From: Emiliania huxleyi CCMP1516
Taxonomy: Eukaryota
DNA length: 64,000 bases
NCBI RefSeq assembly: GCF_000372725.1
Contig: NW_005201183.1
Span: 237,089-301,088 of the forward strand
Direction: 5' to 3'
Shown here: positions 33,688 to 47,143 of the stretch, in pieces
Numbering within the stretch: the stretch's first letter is position 1
How the letters are laid out: each line of letters opens with the position of its first letter
Translations under genes and position numbers: made by a program
The notes under the pieces: generated by a model
Told to the model about the DNA's origin: nothing
The model's database searches: none
Seen by the model: only the letters and a program-made list of their open reading frames with translations

Positions 33688-36229
33688 ATGTCGCTCGCCG
33701 CCGCCGTGTCCTTCGTGGAGAAATGCGAGTCCCCCACCGAGCTTGCCAAGCTCAGCGCCGCTGTGGCCGAACGGCAAACGGCTCTGAATCAGAAGAAGCT
33801 GGCGCAGTCCGACGCGCCGCTTCCGACTCGCGCCGCCAACCCCTTCCTCCAGGCAGATCGGGCCGGCAGCCAGCAGCGAAAGGTGCAGCCGGACGCGTCG
33901 CTCCCTACGCGTGCTGCCAATCCATTCCTACAGGCCGACCGTGCTCGAAACGGCAAGAGCGCCCCTCCAAAGTCCCCAGCGAAAGAGGCTGTCGCCGTGC
34001 TGACCGCGGAAGCAGCAGTCGACCAAGTGATGCCCGAGGCGTCCCCGGTCAAGCCAACGGTGTTGAGGAAGCGGCCTTCGGCAATCGAATCTGCTCTCAC
34101 GCTCGTCGGCCTGCGCGAGGATGACGCGCACCTCGCCGAGCCACCCGACGGCCATGCGCTCAAGAAAGCATGGGCTTCGTTTCTCGCCGCCAACGAGGTG
34201 CTCGAGGCGGTCCAGGCGTACGCGGAGCTGCGAGCGGCGTGCCGTGTACCGGCCGAGGCGTTTGGTCAGGCGGCGTTCGATGCGGTGCAGACGGTCACGG
34301 CCTCCTCGCCCGTGCCTCACAAGACCAAGTCGCTCATGGTTGCTCTCTCCAACAACCTCAAGAAACGGCCGCCGCCGCCAAAGCCAGAGGACTCTCCTCG
34401 CGTAGTCATCTCTGGGGCCGGCCCCGTCGGGCTGCGCGCCGCCGTCGAGGCGGCTCTGATGGGGATGCGCGTGCACGTTGTCGAGAAGCGCGACTCCTTC
34501 TCGCGCGTCAACATCCTGCTGCTCTGGCCAATGACCGCCGACGACCTCATGGCGTACGGCGCGAGAACCTTCTACCCCAAGTTTTCCAACAACAATGCGA
34601 TGCTCCACCTCGGAACACGCGAGATTCAGCTCGTCCTGCTGAAGAACGCGCTGCTCCTCGGCGTGCGCTTCTCCTACGGAACCGAAATGGTCGCCGTGCA
34701 GGCGCCTGCGTCGGGCGCGGCGTCCTGGAAGGCTTGGACAACGGAGGCGGCCGCCAAGGACGCGGCGCTAGCTGGCGTGCTCGACTTCAAGAAGCTCAAG
34801 ATCGGCGCCTACCAGACCGGGACCGGGCAGGGCAAGTGCAACATGGTGCAAAAGTCTGAGCTCGATCCGAGCTTCGCGCTCGACGCCTCCAAGAAGGCGC
34901 CAGAGGGCGTGACGCTGCTGCCCTTCGACGCGCTGCTGCTGGCCGAGGGCGAGTGGTCAAACTCGTGCGTGCGGCTGGGGATCGACAAGACGATCGACCG
35001 CTTCAGTCAAGCCATCGGTTTCGTCATCAACATGGAGTTTGACCCAAAGGACAAGCTGACGAAGGACACCGTGCTGCGCTCCTTCACCGCGCGACCGTTC
35101 GACCCGGCAGGCAAGCGCCTCACCGCGGCCAACATCAAGTTCGAGTTTGCCGAGTACCTCAAGGGAGAGACGCATTACATCGTCGTGACGATCAAGAAGG
35201 CGAGCCTGCTCGAGCACAACGCGCTGCGACAGGACCTGCCCGCCTCCGATCTGCTAACTAAGCAGAACCTCGACGTCGAGGCGCTGATGGTGCTCGCGCG
35301 CAAGATTGCCACCTGCATCGGCCTGCCGGAGCACACGCAGTTCTGCGACTTCCACCCCGCCAAGCTCTTCGACTTCTCGACGCGCGCGCGCTGCCTCGCC
35401 GGCTTCCGCGTGCTCGCGGTCCAGCGCGACGGCACCGTCACCGGCTCGGGCCTCGAGACGCACCCGTACCTCCGAGAGGCGGAGACCAAGTACTATGAGC
35501 GGGCGGCGGTGCAGGCGGAGGAGGAGGTCACCAAGCGGAAGAAGGAGATGGTGGAGCTGCGCAAGTCAATTGAGGCGGTCGAGGCGGCGATCGCAAAGGG
35601 CGGCTGCCTCGGCGACATGAATGAGGCGCAGACGCAGGAGTTCCTCAAGGCGCAGCTCGAGGGGCAGCAGAGGTCGGTCGGGGAGCTCGAAAAGAAGACC
35701 TCGGTCAACGAAGCGAGCGCGACCACTGCGCGAGAGCGGCAGCGCGAATGGCTCGCAGCCGTCTCAGCCTTCTCGGCCGGCGGCTCCTCGCTCGTGCCGG
35801 TGCTTCCCATTGGCGACTCGATGCTCGAGCCATTCTGGTGCGCCGCGCGTGCCGCGACACCCCCGTGCGACCGTGGGGGATGTGCGGACTCAGCCGCGCT
35901 GCTGGCTGCACCTCCGTAGGCCGCAGGGCCTCGGCTCGAACCGCGGCTTCCATACCGCGCTTGATGCAGTGTGGGCGGTGCAAGTGATGAAGTCGGAGGG
36001 GCTCGAGGCGGCGCTGCTCGAGCGCTCCTTTTGGTACGATCTCATGCTGCAGGCGACATGGAACAACGGGCTACTGCGACCGGCGGACGGCTGGTCCGCC
36101 GACCCGGCGACGCGCTACGAGGGCAAGGCCGTCGTACAACAGAAGGAGATTTACTCCAACCCAACCTCGAAGCGGCTCTTCCGCGGGAGTGGGGCCACGC
36201 CGGAGCGCCTCCTGCACGCCGTCTCCTAG
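33688..36229 (+). CDS. MICAL-like FAD monooxygenase (monooxygenase domain only), one intron 35838-35919
   Basis: VVISGAGPVGLRAAVE, EKRDSFSRVNILLLWP, FYPKF, IQLVLLKNALLLGV, YLKGETHYIV, LFDFS, IGDSMLEPFW|PQGLGSNRGF..ALDAVW match the MICAL monooxygenase motifs. Confidence 0.9.
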
Positions 36230-36442
36230 CTTGCACTAGGGGTCGGGAGGGGTCGCAAAACAAATAAAATCGCCGTCCCCAAAAACAACTAAATTCCCCT
36301 TCGACAAAAATCCTGAGAATGCTCGAGCTCCTGACTCGCTGACGCTGCGAGCGTTGCCCTCCTCGGGCGCGACGCACACTCGGCGATGCGGTCCAGGACT
36401 TCGACCACGGCCACTCATCATCATCTCTTCCCACCGACTTCG

Positions 36443-36474
<32 letters not shown>

Positions 36475-37769
36475 TTTAGCAAAGTTCCGACTTCGGCGCA
36501 TGAGATCGCGTCGATCGCAGACCGTTCAACCGGCAGGGAGGGCTGCGGAGGCTGTTTTGCTGACGCTCAGTTCGGGCGGCGGGGCAGCTGAAGGACGGCA
36601 CCCGACCCAGCCAGACCCAGCAAACCTTTGCCTCCTAGATGCCCCCCCTCACTTCATACCGAAGCTGCTGCGTCTGGTGCGACTCAACTTCGCATCCAAG
36701 CCCCTGGAGTCGGCGTCTTGCGCGCCTTTTCTCGCGCGGAGCTGGTGAGATGTCGAGAGGAGCCGTGGCTCGCCGCACCCGTCGCCTTGACCGACTTGAT
36801 CATCTGACAACGGTGCGGGCATGCAGCACGCAGCCCGTGGCTCAGCCGCCGGCTGTGGAGACGGTATACGGGCTGTTTATCAGGCGTCATCGCTCGCTTG
36901 CAAGCTGACACCACGCGGGAAGCCCGCCTCCAGAATATGGGGCGGCGGGGTTCACTCCCCGGTGGGTCTGGGCAGCTGACAACCTCCTCGAGCACGCCAG
37001 AAGGTGACACCCGCCCGCCCCCATCCACAACTTAAGGCCAAAACCACCCCAGCTGCGAGTATTCACGCCGCCCTCCCTGCCACCTCAGGCGGCTTGTTCT
37101 CAAGCGGGCAACCATCGACGACACGGACTGGGCGACCAGCTTCGCGGGCCTCGCTGTGAGCTTCATTGGCACCGCCGATGGCATCGCCGACCCTCGCAGC
37201 GCCTCACCACGGACGCTCGGACGGCGCATATGACGGGGTGCGCATAGACGCCCGCGAGCTCGTCCTACCCTCGCCGCGCCACCGTCACCTCCACCCTCCC
37301 CACGGACGCCCTTTGGCCGCCCTCGCGCCGCCGCGGCTCGAACCCGCTGCCGCTGCCATTCTCGCCCTCACACTCCTCGCTGCCTCCCGATCGCCGCCGC
37401 CGCCACCACCTTCCTCCGGCATGCCGCCGCTCTCACCCTCGCCTCCAGCCGCCCCGCCCCGTCACCCCGCCACCCCCCCCGCCGCCACCACCCCGCCGTC
37501 TCCACTCTCGCCGCCGCTGCCGCCGCCGCCTCCCCAGCCGCCGCCACCGTTGCCGCCACCCTCGTTTCCACCGCCTTCGTCGCGCTCCACGCCACCGCCA
37601 AGATCGACGCCCCTGCACCACGGCCGGTAGTGGGCCGTGAGTGGCCAGGTGCTGCCCCCCCAGTACGCCCCCCGCATGCTGGGTGGGTAGACAGCGGTAG
37701 CTCTGCAGGGCAAGGCTCTCTGTAGGCCCTTGCCGGGTGGTTATGGCTCCCGCGGGCGCTGTCGAGAAA

Positions 37770-39580
37770 AAATCGAGAATTTGCGAGATCGCACGTCCGG
37801 TTGGCCGTTATTTTTGTGAGTCGTGGCGCTGCCCGTGTGTTCGAAGCATGTAAGATGATGCGTGGAGATCATACTCGAGATCTCTGCGGGACAGGCCAGT
37901 AGATTTGTTGAGTGGAGATCGTAGATGCCGATCAGAGATCTTCCCCACACACAGCATCTCTCACAAAACTCAGAGATTTTTAACTGATGATAGAGATCTT
38001 GAGCTGCCGCTCGGCACCTCGAGCTCAGGCCGGAGACGGAGATGTTGACTTCGCGCCAAAGGCGCCTCGAGAATCGTGTGGCCGACTGGAGATTGCATAA
38101 TGGCGCGAAAAGAGGGGTGGAGATCCACTTGAAGGTGTGAAAGGAAAAGAGCATCCCCTTGGAAGGACGTCGATCCCCCCCCTGACACGCCTCCCCCACA
38201 CGAGATTGGAGATTGGAGATCGGAGATGAAGATCGGAGAACGCGCCTCCATCGTTGTGATGAGCGCGCCGCGATGGAGCTCACCTCGTTCGTCTCTGGCA
38301 TGACCGAGTTCGCCGCGAACCTGTATCCTCTAAAGACCGAGGAGGAGCTCGTGGCGCTCCTGAGCGGCATGCACCACTTCCCACCTGGCGTGCCTGAGCG
38401 TGCCCGTCGCGTCCATGAGCGGCTGGCCCTGCCCGCCGGGTCGGCACTCTGCTCCTCTGACGTCGGCGTGCTGATTGACCGGCTCGACACGGAGGGAGGC
38501 CTTGGCGGGTTGTACAAGCATCTCGCGCACACCAAGGAGGACCCTCTACATTTCGTTCCGAGCACCAACACGGAGGCCGCGGAGCAGGCGTGTCGAGCCG
38601 CCCTCTCGCCCTGCACGCGTTGCCCCCTTGCCACATGTACATGTAGCATGTGCATGTGCATGTGCAAATCCGCCTGCATAGGCCTTCGTCTTTCTCGCTC
38701 GCTCGAAGCACATCTTCCGCCACAACGTGCCACATGATGAATGAGCCCCCCCCCCCCCCCCCTCACGCAAAATTATTTGTTGATGGCAGCGCGCGAACCG
38801 CACGACAACGCCCCCAGTTCGGCGTACATGGACCGCGCGCGCAGCGCGCTCCGTGTTTGCATACCGCCCTGGCGGATTCGTTTACACTTCCTAGCTCAAG
38901 CCAGGCGCCGCAGGCCATAAAGAGGAGCGCAGATTAAAATGGCGCCGCAGGCTCCCCGGGCCATCCGCGCACGGCAGTAACCTTTAAAAAACAAAAAGAT
39001 CATCACAGCGGCCTCTGTGATCTCCAATCTCCAATCTCCAATCTCCAATCTCCAGCGTCGACACATCTTAGGCCGGATCCAGTCAGATCCCCAATCTCTA
39101 TCTCCAATCTCCAATCTCCAGCACCAGCGTCATATTTTGCCGGATCCAGTTTAGATCTCCGATCTCCATCTCCAATCTCCAATCTCCAATCTCGATTCGG
39201 GGGGCCGGGGGAGGGGGGGGGGGCTCGAACCTTCAAGGAGATGCGCTATGGATTCATTCACACCCACATCTCCGATCTCCGATCTCCAATCTCCCATTTG
39301 ACCCCTGCCGCCGCCAGCTGCGATCTCCAATCTCCAATCTCGATCTCCAATCTCCGCCCCAGTGGTGGATGCCCGGCGCGAGGATCTACGATCTGTGTTC
39401 TCCATCTCCAATCTCCACCTTTGACCCTGGCAACTGCCAACACGATCCACAATCTGTGATCTCAATCTTTCATCTTCAACCAAGCCCGACTGTGTGGTAG
39501 AATCGGCTAGGATCTCCACTCCTGGTCTGCGATCTACTGTCTGCGATCTAGGCTACTCTCTCGCAGAGATCTCGATTGCT
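37770..39580. mobile_element. Degenerate foldback-type element with GGAGAT arrays on the left and ATCTCC arrays on the right
   Basis: tggagattggagatcggagat (38208-38228) versus (atctcca)n (39020-39420). Partial inverted match tcgagatctctgcg at 37876 and about 39563-39576. Confidence 0.55.
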
Positions 39581-40007
39581 TGTGGAGAGCAAAAAAGCGT
39601 GCACACGGGCTATTCTGGCCGACCCCAAATCTCCCCTCCCGACCCCTACTTGCACGATTTTGCTTCACGCCACCTCCACGACGAACGACCTCGCACCTGC
39701 CACGAGCCCACGACCTGCCAGCGCCCGCGCCCCGTAGCGCTGAAACCAGTCCACTGCGCTCCGCCGGATGCGTTTGGTTAATTAGCGCCTCGACACCGGG
39801 CCTCGACGCCTCGTCCTCGACCTTAAAGGGGCTCGGGCCTCGGCAGCTGCCAGCTCCGCCCCCACTGCCAGCCCCACCCCCTTCAGCGAGGACCTTTGAG
39901 GCCCTCCCCAGTCTCACCCCACCTTACCTCTGCCCCCCCCTCCCCCCATCCCTCTGCCTCCCATAGGGCAGGATAGCACTAGCATATGCGCCTAGTGCGC
40001 ACTGGGC

Positions 40008-40340
40008 CCACATAGATGTGACCCGCCCGCTCGAGTGCGGCGTCCGGATGCTAGTGCTTGAGAAGACACCACAAACGCGGCACGGCCCGTTTTGGATGTC
40101 TGCGGAGATTCTGTCTTAGCACACACAGTGAGTCATTCGGAGTCATTCGATGGCCAGAGTGCGATTGTGTGTGTGCGGGAGTTGGTTTGTCGGGAGGGAG
40201 GGGCAGGCTGCTCACCCACGTGCACCGGGCCAGTGCTTGCACTTTGAATGCCGTGGGGCTCCTGCCCGTGTCCGGGCGTGGAGATGCGAGGGTCGCCCCC
40301 CCTTGCCCCACCACTTTGTGTGTGTGGAGAAATCTACCTT
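40008..40340 (+). repeat. Probable retroelement 3' end of a 'gccccacc..gtgtgtggagaaat' family; shorter copies at about 2323-2363 and 63205-63253
   Basis: Shared terminal motif. Copies 2 and 3 carry an (ACCTT)n tail. Possible TSD ACTGGGC at 40001-40007 and 40341-40347. Confidence 0.55.
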
Positions 40341-41210
40341 ACTGGGCTGGGTTTTTAGGCATTGTGGGGTTGGCACTCCCATCGACCCTCATGACCTCCT
40401 GCGGTCTCTGAGATGGACACCAGTGGGTGTGGGACCACAGCCAGGATACACTCGAAGGCTGGGTAAGCAGTAGAGGTCGATACTCGACGCGTCCCACATG
40501 GTATGTGTCGCTGTCGGCACGCTGTCGACAGGACGTCGAGCGACACCGGTGGCAGTGCCACCCAGGAGTGGTCGGGCGGTCTCCCGTCATGAGAGAGTCA
40601 CCATGTGATCCGTATGATGATTCCTGACAACCGCCTCAGTCAACTTTCGTCACAGTTCCCGCTCTGAGAGGAGCTGCGGGTCAGTTTGACAGCTGGAGCT
40701 GTGTCGCCGGCGTGCGGCGGCCTGCCTCCGGAGGTGCCTCTGAGGTGGACATTTTTTGGTCACCGTGAGAGAACGCGTTCGAATTTTTACTCCGGAACTT
40801 CAACTCCACACGCGCACCGGCCAGGGCTACAATAGTGCCAGTGAGGCGAAGGCGCGAGTCGGAAGGCCGCGACCGTGATTTGGTTTCGACATTTTCCTAC
40901 AATCGCTGTGAACCCAGCCACGTACCTTACCTACTTACCCAGCGCACACCCAGACCGCAGGGCCAGGGGCGCCAGGCGGCCCCCCTGCCCCCACCCCCAG
41001 GCGGACGCGGAATCTGTATCTGATTTTTCAAACATTTTTTTCTACAGGAAGGGTTGTGGTAGCGGAGACTCTAGCACCGAGTGCTCCACGCCGCGTCACG
41101 AACGTGCGCGCACGCACACAAAGTGAGGCGTCCCCTCCCCACACACCGAACCGCTCGAACCGCCTCTCCTCCCCCCCCCCCCCCTCCCCCCACACGCGCT
41201 AGCACGCCCT

Positions 41211-42675
41211 TTAGGACGCAAAACCGGGCAGGTGGAAGTTGGCGGCGAAGGGCGCCATCGGATCGCCCGCGTAGTGCGCAATGTTGCTCAGGGCGGGCAC
41301 TGCGCCCGGCACGCGCGCCTATGGACAAGTCTCGGACATGTCGTGGACGTGCCCGAATGCCCGAGAAGAGCTGGCTCGCGCGCCTCGGCGCAGAAGCCCA
41401 TGATGCCAATCATCGCGAGGCGACCGTTGTTTACCTCCTTGAGGAGGCCGTCCGCCTGTGGCATCACCGCCATCACAGTGACTGGGCAGCGGCAGCAGCT
41501 GTCGCCAGCCTCTGTGGGAGGGCCGGCCGCCTTCCGCTCGGCCGAGGCGCCCTTGTACGCCTTGAGCGGATCCCACAGGTTGAGCGGCACCTGCCGGTCG
41601 GGCGGCGGGGGAGGACGGGGGGTGGGCGGGGAGGGGGGGGGGGGGGGGCCCTGGCAACCGTTGTAAACAATTCTTCCCCCCCGCCGCCCCCCCCCCCTTC
41701 TCTCCCCGGCACCCCATCTCCTCTCCCTGCCCCACACACATCTCCGCAGCAGTCTCAGCAGCAGCAGCAGCGGGCCTCTCGGGCTGTCGTCTCGCGGGCT
41801 GTCGTAGGGTTAGGGTTAGGGTTAGGGTTAGGGTTAGGTCTCACCGGGTGGACCATCGTGTCGAAGTCGGGGAAGAAGCCGGGCTTGCCTCCCTTCATGT
41901 AGTGCTTCTGGCCGTACTTCTCGAGGATGAAGGAGTGCTCCGAGTACACCTCCAGGAATCCCACGAAGAGGATGATCTGCCACTTTGCGGCCTGCGGCGG
42001 GGAGGGCGGGGCCCCGCAGTTGGCGGCGAGGCAGGCCACGGCAGGCCTTGGCAGGCGAGGGGCGGTGCGAGGGGCGGAGCGTCGAGGCGGGCGCTCGCCT
42101 CCGGCAGCTGCGCCCACTGCTCCGCCGGCGCGATGTTGGTCGGGATCGAGTTGAACGGCGCCCACGGGAAGTGGACGTTGGACTGGACGCAGTAGCCGAC
42201 AAACGCCGCCATCGCGACGCGGCCGTGCTTGATCTCGGCGTGGCGGAGGAAGCCGACGGTGGCGTCGTCGCCCGCGCCCCAGAAGTTGAGCTCCGCTGCG
42301 AGGGAGGCGGCAGGGGTCGGCACAGCGAGCCGCGAGGCGAGGCGGGAGGCAGGCGGGCGGCGGGCGGGCGGGCGGCGGCGGCGGCAGGCGGGAGGCGGCA
42401 CCGAGGTTGAGCGGGTCCCAGTAGCCGAGCACCGGGCTGCGGGGTGGGGGCGGGAGGAGGAGCAGGAGTGAGGCTAGCGGCCGGCGCGGCGACTGCAGCA
42501 GAGAGTGCAGCAGAGCACAGCAGGCTCCGAGGCGCCGGGCGCGGGGCGCGAGGGCGCACTTGAGCTTTTTGGAGAGCTCCGGGAGCGCGGACATCGCGGG
42601 CGCGCTGGCGCGGGCCAGCGGCGCCGCGGCGGCGCCGGCGAAGCTCAGCGGCGTGGACACAGCGGCGGCGAGCAT
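41211..42675 (-). CDS. Light-harvesting fucoxanthin-chlorophyll a/c protein (Lhcq-like), 7 exons
   Basis: Exons 42675-42560, 42436-42402, 42295-42099, 41991-41845, 41590-41531, 41455-41384, 41318-41211. Motifs [50 protein letters not shown]. Confidence 0.95.
41805..41838. repeat. Interstitial (TTAGGG)n tract inside LHC intron 4
   Basis: tagggttagggttaggg..., starting 6 nt after the donor at 41844. Confidence 0.95.
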
Positions 42676-43584
42676 GAGAGATGCGAGAGCGACAGTAATT
42701 GGTCGGCAGCAGCAGGCGAGCGGAAGAAATCTGTTCTCCGCGCCGTGGCCATCGGAGCGCTGCCCGCACTCACGGACTCCATACCCGAAAGAAAGAGAGG
42801 CGAGCTCGCGGGAGAGGTGACGAGTGAACTACAGGTAGTGGGGAAGGCAGCCTCGATTGCCATACAGACATGGGTGCGAAACAACGACAAGACCAAGGCA
42901 CGCACGGGCAGAGGAACGAGAGAAGAATATAGAGTGGATAAAGCGCCTGTTCACGGCATGGAGGGTGAGCCACGCTGAACGCAAGGAAGCCGGGGAAGAC
43001 GACTCCGAGGTGGACGAAACACCTGTGGTAATCCCGTCGTCAAGCTGTCACGATACACCCAGAGCCCATTCTCATCAGCCCTGCCCCGCAGCGCGGCCGC
43101 TCGCCAAGCCCCGCAGATGAGTGGTCAGATGGATAGTGCCAGAGAGTGAGGGGTCCAGGGGGGAGCACAAATAGGACGCCCAGCCCTGCCCTCGTGCTGC
43201 CGAGTGCACATATCCTATGCGAGAGAGATCCCCTGTGCCCTGTGCCCAGCCCTCTCCGCGCGGCGATGAGCCCTCCCCCCTCGCTTTTGCAAAATCCTGC
43301 AAAGGTGGGACGTGTCTGTCCTCGACCCAGCCCTAGTAGCTTGGGATGTCCGTTTTATTTATTTATTTATGAATCCTAAGCGCGCTTTCATGATCTGTAC
43401 GACCGTTCCTCCGGCTTCTCACTGGCAGTCTCTCACTATCACGGGCACACTGACAGAGGCGGCCAAAAGGCTCACGTGGGTGGCAGGGCGGTGATAGGAG
43501 TCTCCCACTCTGTGGGCTTCGCTAGAGGTGCGGCCCCTGCGCGTGTCCTCGCCCTTGCGGTCTTGAAGGGGAAGGGGAAGGGGC

Positions 43585-43737
<153 letters not shown>

Positions 43738-43908
43738 CTGCGGGCGCTGTGCGAGCCCCCTGAACGACCACAATGTTGAGCGCGCTCGAGCACCGAAGCA
43801 CCGCGAGCGCCGGCGAGCACCACCGCCTCGCGCCTTGGCGTGCGCCCATAATTTTTTTATTTTTTGCGAGGCTGGGTTTTCCCGCTTTTTCCCAATGGCA
43901 AGCATGGC

Positions 43909-45270
43909 ATGAGCGGCGCCGTTAGCCCGTCCCTGCTGCCCGAGCTGGCGGTAGGCGACTTAGGCTCGCTGCTGGCCGTCATCTCCGGGCGGCGGACGCA
44001 CGGGAGGCTCGACGCGCGGCTCGACACCGAGAGGCAGGACACGCTGCTCACCTGGGCCGCTGGGCACGGGCAGGCCGAGGCGGTGCGGCTGCTGATAGAA
44101 GCCGGCGCGAGCGTCGGGGCGACGGACGGCACCGGCCGCGCCGCGCTGTTCATCGCGTGCTTCGAAGGCTACCTCGAGTGCGCCCGGCTGCTCCAGCAGG
44201 CTGGCGCAGCAGTCAACCAAGCCGTGAGCGGCGGCTTCACTCCGCTGTTTGTCGCGTGCCAGAACAACCGTCTCGAGTGTGCCCGGCTGCTCCTCGAGGC
44301 CAGCGCGGCGATCAACCAAGCTGCAGCGGACGGCGTCACACCTCTGTTCATTGCGTGCCAGAAGGGCAACCTCGAAATCGCCCGGCTGCTCCTCGAGGCC
44401 AACGCGGCGGTCGATCAGGCCAGCAACATCGGCGCCACGCCGCTCTCTATCGCGTGCCAGAAGGGCCATGTTGACATCGCCCGGCTGCTGCGCGACGCTG
44501 GCGCGGCCGTCAACCAAGCAAACAACAACGGCTCCACGCCGCTGTTCATGGCATGCCAAAAGGGTCACGTCGACATCGTCCGGCTGCTCCTTGAGACCGG
44601 CGCTTCGGTTAGCCAAGCCAGCGCCAGAGGCACCACGCCACTGTTCATGGCGTGCCAGAACGGCCACGTCGAGTGCGCCCTGCTGCTTCTCGACGCCGGC
44701 TCTTCGGTCAACCAAGCCCAGATCCAAGGCGCCACGCCGCTGCACGTGGCGTGCCAGAACAACCACCTCGGCATCGCCCAGCTGCTTCTCGAGGCCAGCG
44801 CGGCGATCAACCAAACCGACGAGCAAGGCGCCACGCCGTTATTCATGGCGTGCCACCAGGGCAACCTCGAGGTCGCCAAGCTCCTCTCCTCCTACGGCGC
44901 CTCCCGCGCCGCGGTTCCGCCCCTCGGCACGCCCGAGGAGGCCGCGAACCGCGAAGGCCACGCCGACCTCGCCGCCTGGCTGGTCGCCGGCCGCGGCTGG
45001 ACGCCGCTCCAGCACCTCGAGGCGTGCCCCCAGACTGGCGGCTGAAGAAGCGTGAGTGCATTGTCCTCACGCTCACTGTCCCTCTTCCCGCAGGCGCTCA
45101 CCGTCGACCGGGCGCGGGCGCTGCTGCGAGGAGGCGCGGACTCTTCAGCCGGCGAGCCGTCGGCCCTCGAGCGGGCGCGCGTCCTCTGCTCGTGGGGCGA
45201 GTCGGATCCGACCGCTGCGGCCGTCGGCTCCACAGTCGCGGTCCACTCTCTGGTCTCGCGGCCCTCGTGA
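43909..45270 (+). CDS. Ankyrin-repeat protein (about 10 repeats), intron 45022-45093
   Basis: 33-aa repeats G.TPLF.ACQ.G..EIARLLLEA.A.VNQA. A GC-AG intron joins HLE to ALTVDRARALLRGG. Confidence 0.92.
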
Positions 45271-46893
45271 TGTTTCACTTCAGCGCGACGACCAACACAC
45301 AGACATCCAAAAACATAAACAGACTAGAGACGGGGTGCAAAATGAATCACACTGTGAGAGAGACGCGTGGGACGCGAGCCATTAATGTGCACCTAGGCTA
45401 ACAACACGCTACACCGCCGCGACGATCAGGCTCACACTGTCCTCCCGATTCGAGCCGCGCAGCGACAAGCTGCACGGAGGAGATGTGTGCAGTCGGGTGG
45501 CTAAAGTATGGCGCCGCCGCCGATACCACTGCCGGGCACCGTTCCCGATGCCGCCGCCGGTGCCCACGGATGACGTGGCGGCGGCAGCGGCGGTGACGAC
45601 GATAACGGCGGCGGCGGTGGTCGCCGGAACCACCTCGGTGCTCACAGCCGCCGAGAGGTGCCGCCGAGAGGTCCATTCCTCGATCTGCCGCAGGCCCGCG
45701 GTGTCAGGCTTGTCGCGCCACCCAGCGCCCTTCTGCGCGGTGGAGGCGCAGCATGAGCGGTGGCGGGGCGTCTGTGGCGCGGAGCCGCACAATCAGTGGC
45801 GGATCGCTATTCGTGGGTTGAGTGTAGTCGGGTGGCGTCGCATACCTTCCTTCAGGCGTCGCGAAGCCACACCTCTCGTGATCAGCTCTTCCTGCGGCGT
45901 GACGCGGCATCCCGGTCGTGGCACCGCTGGCGTGCGCGGGGAGCGAAGGGTGGTGGTGGAGCGCGCACATCTGGGTAGGAATCCTCGAACAGTCCAGAGC
46001 CAGGCAGCCGCGTCCAGGACATGGCGAGAAAGAAGAATTTTGCTGCCGAAGAATTTACGCAACCCAATGAGAAAGAGAATTCTCGACCATCCACAAAGAA
46101 GAATTCGAGGGCAACCGGAGGACCGGGAAGTACGCACAGCTGGACTACGACGAGAGCCGGCGGAGGGGAGGGGCGAGCCGAGAAGGAAAGAGAGGCCGCG
46201 GGTGCGGGCGCGACTCGTCGACCAGGGAGAGCGGGCCCGACCTCCCTGGGAGGGGGAGCGACGCGACCCAATGCCGCCGTCCTCGCCCGGGGAAACTTCA
46301 GCAGGGCAGCCGACGCTCTCGGAGGCGGCAGAACCAATCGGAGGTGAAGCGGAGGCGAGGCCTCGGCCAAAGAAGAGACATCAGAAACGGCTACAGCGGC
46401 CGTCAGGCGACGCTCGGCTGGCGAATAAAAGAGCGAATCAGGGAGAACCGGAGCCCCGGGTAGGCTGGCGGTGGAACCCCGGGACGGGATGCTGAGTGAG
46501 GACCTGTGTACGTGCGTGGTGTACAGTGTCGTCTACTAGCTCCGAGTAGAGGGGGCGTTCTGAAGTAAAGGGGAAACCCGGTACACGGAACCAACCCTCG
46601 GAGACCCGTGTTTACTTTATGGCCCTTTCCCTGCGAACGCGCACCCCCAGGGCTAGGGCTCTCTTGCCCGCAACCCGATGCCAATCATCCGGCCCGCTGG
46701 GTTGCGCTTCTTAGCTCCCCGGCCCTTGGATGTGCGGTTAATGACTGCACTCCAACTGCTCCCCAAGTGCTCCGACACGAGTTGTCTGTTTTCTTCCTTT
46801 CTTTCTTTACTGGCGCGCACTGGCACTAACTCAGTAACACCACGGTGAGGTGAAGAGAAGAAAGAAAATAACGCCGGGGCCAGACCTTCCTCA

Positions 46894-47055
46894 CCCATCT
46901 CGTCTCAGAGTTTGCCCGTTTTATTTATTTATTCCCTCACCAAGATCGTGCAGTGGGCGGCCGCAGGGCGGGGACAATGTCCGTTTTATGTCCCGCTAAA
47001 ATCCCATCTCGTCTCACAGAGTTTGACCCTTTTATTTATTTATTTATTTATTTCA
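46894..47055 (+). repeat. Tandem (TTTA)n-tailed repeat ends; related copy at 54694-54760
   Basis: cccatctcgtctca..gagtttg.ccc.tttatttattt occurs twice. caagatcgtgcag...gggcggggac..atgtc..ctaaaat.ccat.ctcgtct is shared with 54698. Confidence 0.6.
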
Positions 47056-47143
47056 CGCAAACTTCAGAGGGAAAAGTGCGTGCGCGCGCAGAGCGCCCGG
47101 GGCGAGGAGATTGTTCTCCGCTGCCGGTCTCCCCCAAGCGCCG

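Noticed and set aside
45485..46495. 336-aa ORF as a host gene
   Set aside because: No domain; followed by a TTTC-tailed end, so more likely a retroelement remnant.
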